A stretch of DNA of 64,000 bases, taken from contig JBHGNT010000013.1 in the NCBI GenBank assembly GCA_043228905.1, positions 13,764,001-13,828,000 on the forward strand, given 5' to 3'. Below are positions 61,762 to 64,000 of the stretch, one piece after another. The stretch's first letter is position 1. Each line of letters opens with the position of its first letter. Below the pieces are notes generated by a model. It had not been told where the DNA came from. It worked only from the letters and a program-made list of their open reading frames with translations, and ran no database searches. Source of the DNA: Azolla caroliniana (taxonomy: Eukaryota; Plantae; Polypodiophyta). The position numbers and the translations under genes were made by a program.

Positions 61762-63819
61762 TCATATATGCCACCATTCGAATGACCTATCTGTCACCAC
61801 CCGAACCATATATGTCACTATTTAATTGATCATATATGTATGTCACCATCCTGAGTGATCATATATCATGCCTCATATAGAGTCATAATCACCTTGTAAT
61901 TTATTTGTAACAGGTGGTTTCTGGACGTAACACTAGCATTTATACAAAGTTTGAACAATCGTGCACGCTTAATCCATACTCTGAAATCTAGGTTAACTCT
62001 TTGGGCAGAAGAGTGTCTTGTTGTCGATGCAACTGCGAAATGGTGTATATTGGCACCCTTTTTTTAATCTTTCGCATAAGGGGCATTTGAAGCCTCTTAT
62101 GAAGTGGCCAAAGTGAGATAATTCCATTGTGAAAGAGCCTATTAGAATCTTGTGGGGTACCCGAGCTATCTTTGAAAATTGCAGTTTCATTTCGTCAAGG
62201 TTCCTTTCACTTTTGTTTTGCTTTATGCTATTTGTTTTTAACATCTTGTTTGTTGGTATGTTCTCATATCTTACCCTCTTGTTAGGGTGTAGACTTTCTT
62301 TGACTGCACTGCAATGCCTGAATGTTCACATGGGAATTCCTAAGATGTGTAATCAAAGTTTTCAGTCTTTTGTTGGAGATTTTAAGGTCCTGTTGTTTAC
62401 CCTTGATCATGGGTAAATTTTGCTTCATGACATTGCTTGGTCTATTTGTGGTCATCAGCAAACCTTGCTTTGGAACATTGTCTCATTACAATACTCCATC
62501 TTGCCTTATGGGTTATAGAGCCAAGGGCTGGATGTTGCACCCATCATAAAAAATCTTCAAGCCTCTAGTTTGATATCATCCATTAACAGCAATATGCTCC
62601 TCAAATGTAATATACTCTTTCATATCATGAGTTTGAGATCACACACATTAGCAATTTGTGTCCAATAAATTTGTTTACAACATTCATATCGAAAATCTCT
62701 ATAGACCGTGCACACTAGAGTCATTGCCCTTGAGAAAATGGCTTCACATTGACAAATGTTAGTAATGTCTTGTGAAAAAGAAAGGAAATCATGATAACCC
62801 GAAAACACCCCATAACTTAACTGAGTGTCTCATAATTTCAAGGGATTACAAGATTCATGTATGCCCTCAATAGTATTAAAAGAAGTCGTTAGAACTAAAG
62901 AAGCTATAGTAAAAGCAAAAAGATTTTAAGATTTCATTGTAGTGTTAAATGGATAGTGTTGTTTTAAAAAGAGGCGGTTACTTTTCCGCAATTGAAAAAA
63001 CTAAACCCAATGCACATTTTAATTTAATGAAATGTCTTAAAGAGGTCATTCAAATAAAAGTGCAATAGTTGTCTCCAGATTTTAAAATACCAAAATGGAA
63101 GCAAATCATTAAACGTACCATGGTCCAATGGAACATAATGGTACGAGAAAATCACAAGCCAAATTATCATAACACTATTTTTTTAGTGGTAGAGTAGCCT
63201 TTCCAACTTTAAAATACTGAAATGCAAGCAAACAAAGAGGCATCATCCAATGTAACATAATGGTACAAGAAAATAAAAGTGAGAGTCAATTGGCCATAAT
63301 CCTTTTGGTTTCAAACAAAAACCATACTAGAAGAATTGATAGTCTTGAATTTTGTTGCTATACAAGGTTAAAAAAGGAAAGATTATTTCTAGGAGTAAAC
63401 TACTAAGATATGCTTTATATCTATTTGAGCAATGTAAAAAAACATATGCTCGCTTCTACGCTTATACCATTGGTCAAAATTAAGGTAAGGCTCTTAAACA
63501 CACTAAACTTAAGGTTAAACATCTCATAAAGTCATTAGAAAACTTGTCATCAATGCATATTAACTAGGTTAATCTATTCAACCAACCTAATTAATCTAGA
63601 TTAAAGCATTGATAACTAGAAGTAAAGCTAACAATTTCCCTGCAAATCAATGTTTCTAAATTACATCAATTAAGAAAGACACGATCACTTTCAAAATTAG
63701 AAGCATAATTACCATATGTAGCTTCTAAATAAATAATTAAAACAAACCTCACTTTTTGAAGCGATTAGTAACACAAATCTTGTAACGACATTCCTTAATC
63801 ATTGTTACTTTTATACAAT

Positions 63820-63952
<133 letters not shown>

Positions 63953-64000
63953 CTTTTTGTCATTGTCGCTCTCTTTACCAATAACGGAATTATTCATCGA

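Overview
Land-plant nuclear DNA; element types and gene structure suggest a seed-free plant such as a fern, but that is inference. Positions 1-19.8 kb are a continuous nest of LTR retrotransposons. It includes a Tf1/Tcn1-like Ty3 element with a -1 frameshift signal and an apparent self-priming site, and a non-autonomous element with only an integrase and a decayed ~960-codon extra ORF. Next come an intronless secretory-type polyphenol oxidase gene (-), a small hAT element with perfect TIRs and TSD, decayed copia sequence and a 4x179-bp tandem array. The host genes beyond that are a 13-exon BLISTER homologue (-), a 6-coding-exon KPHMT/panB (-) and a class II BBR/BPC GAGA-binding factor (+), with a plastid 16S rRNA insertion (NUPT) between BLISTER and KPHMT. 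The most unusual signal is antisense tRNA-like Pol III A/B-box modules in the U3 region of up to three different Ty3-type LTRs. All coordinates and alignments were made by eye.
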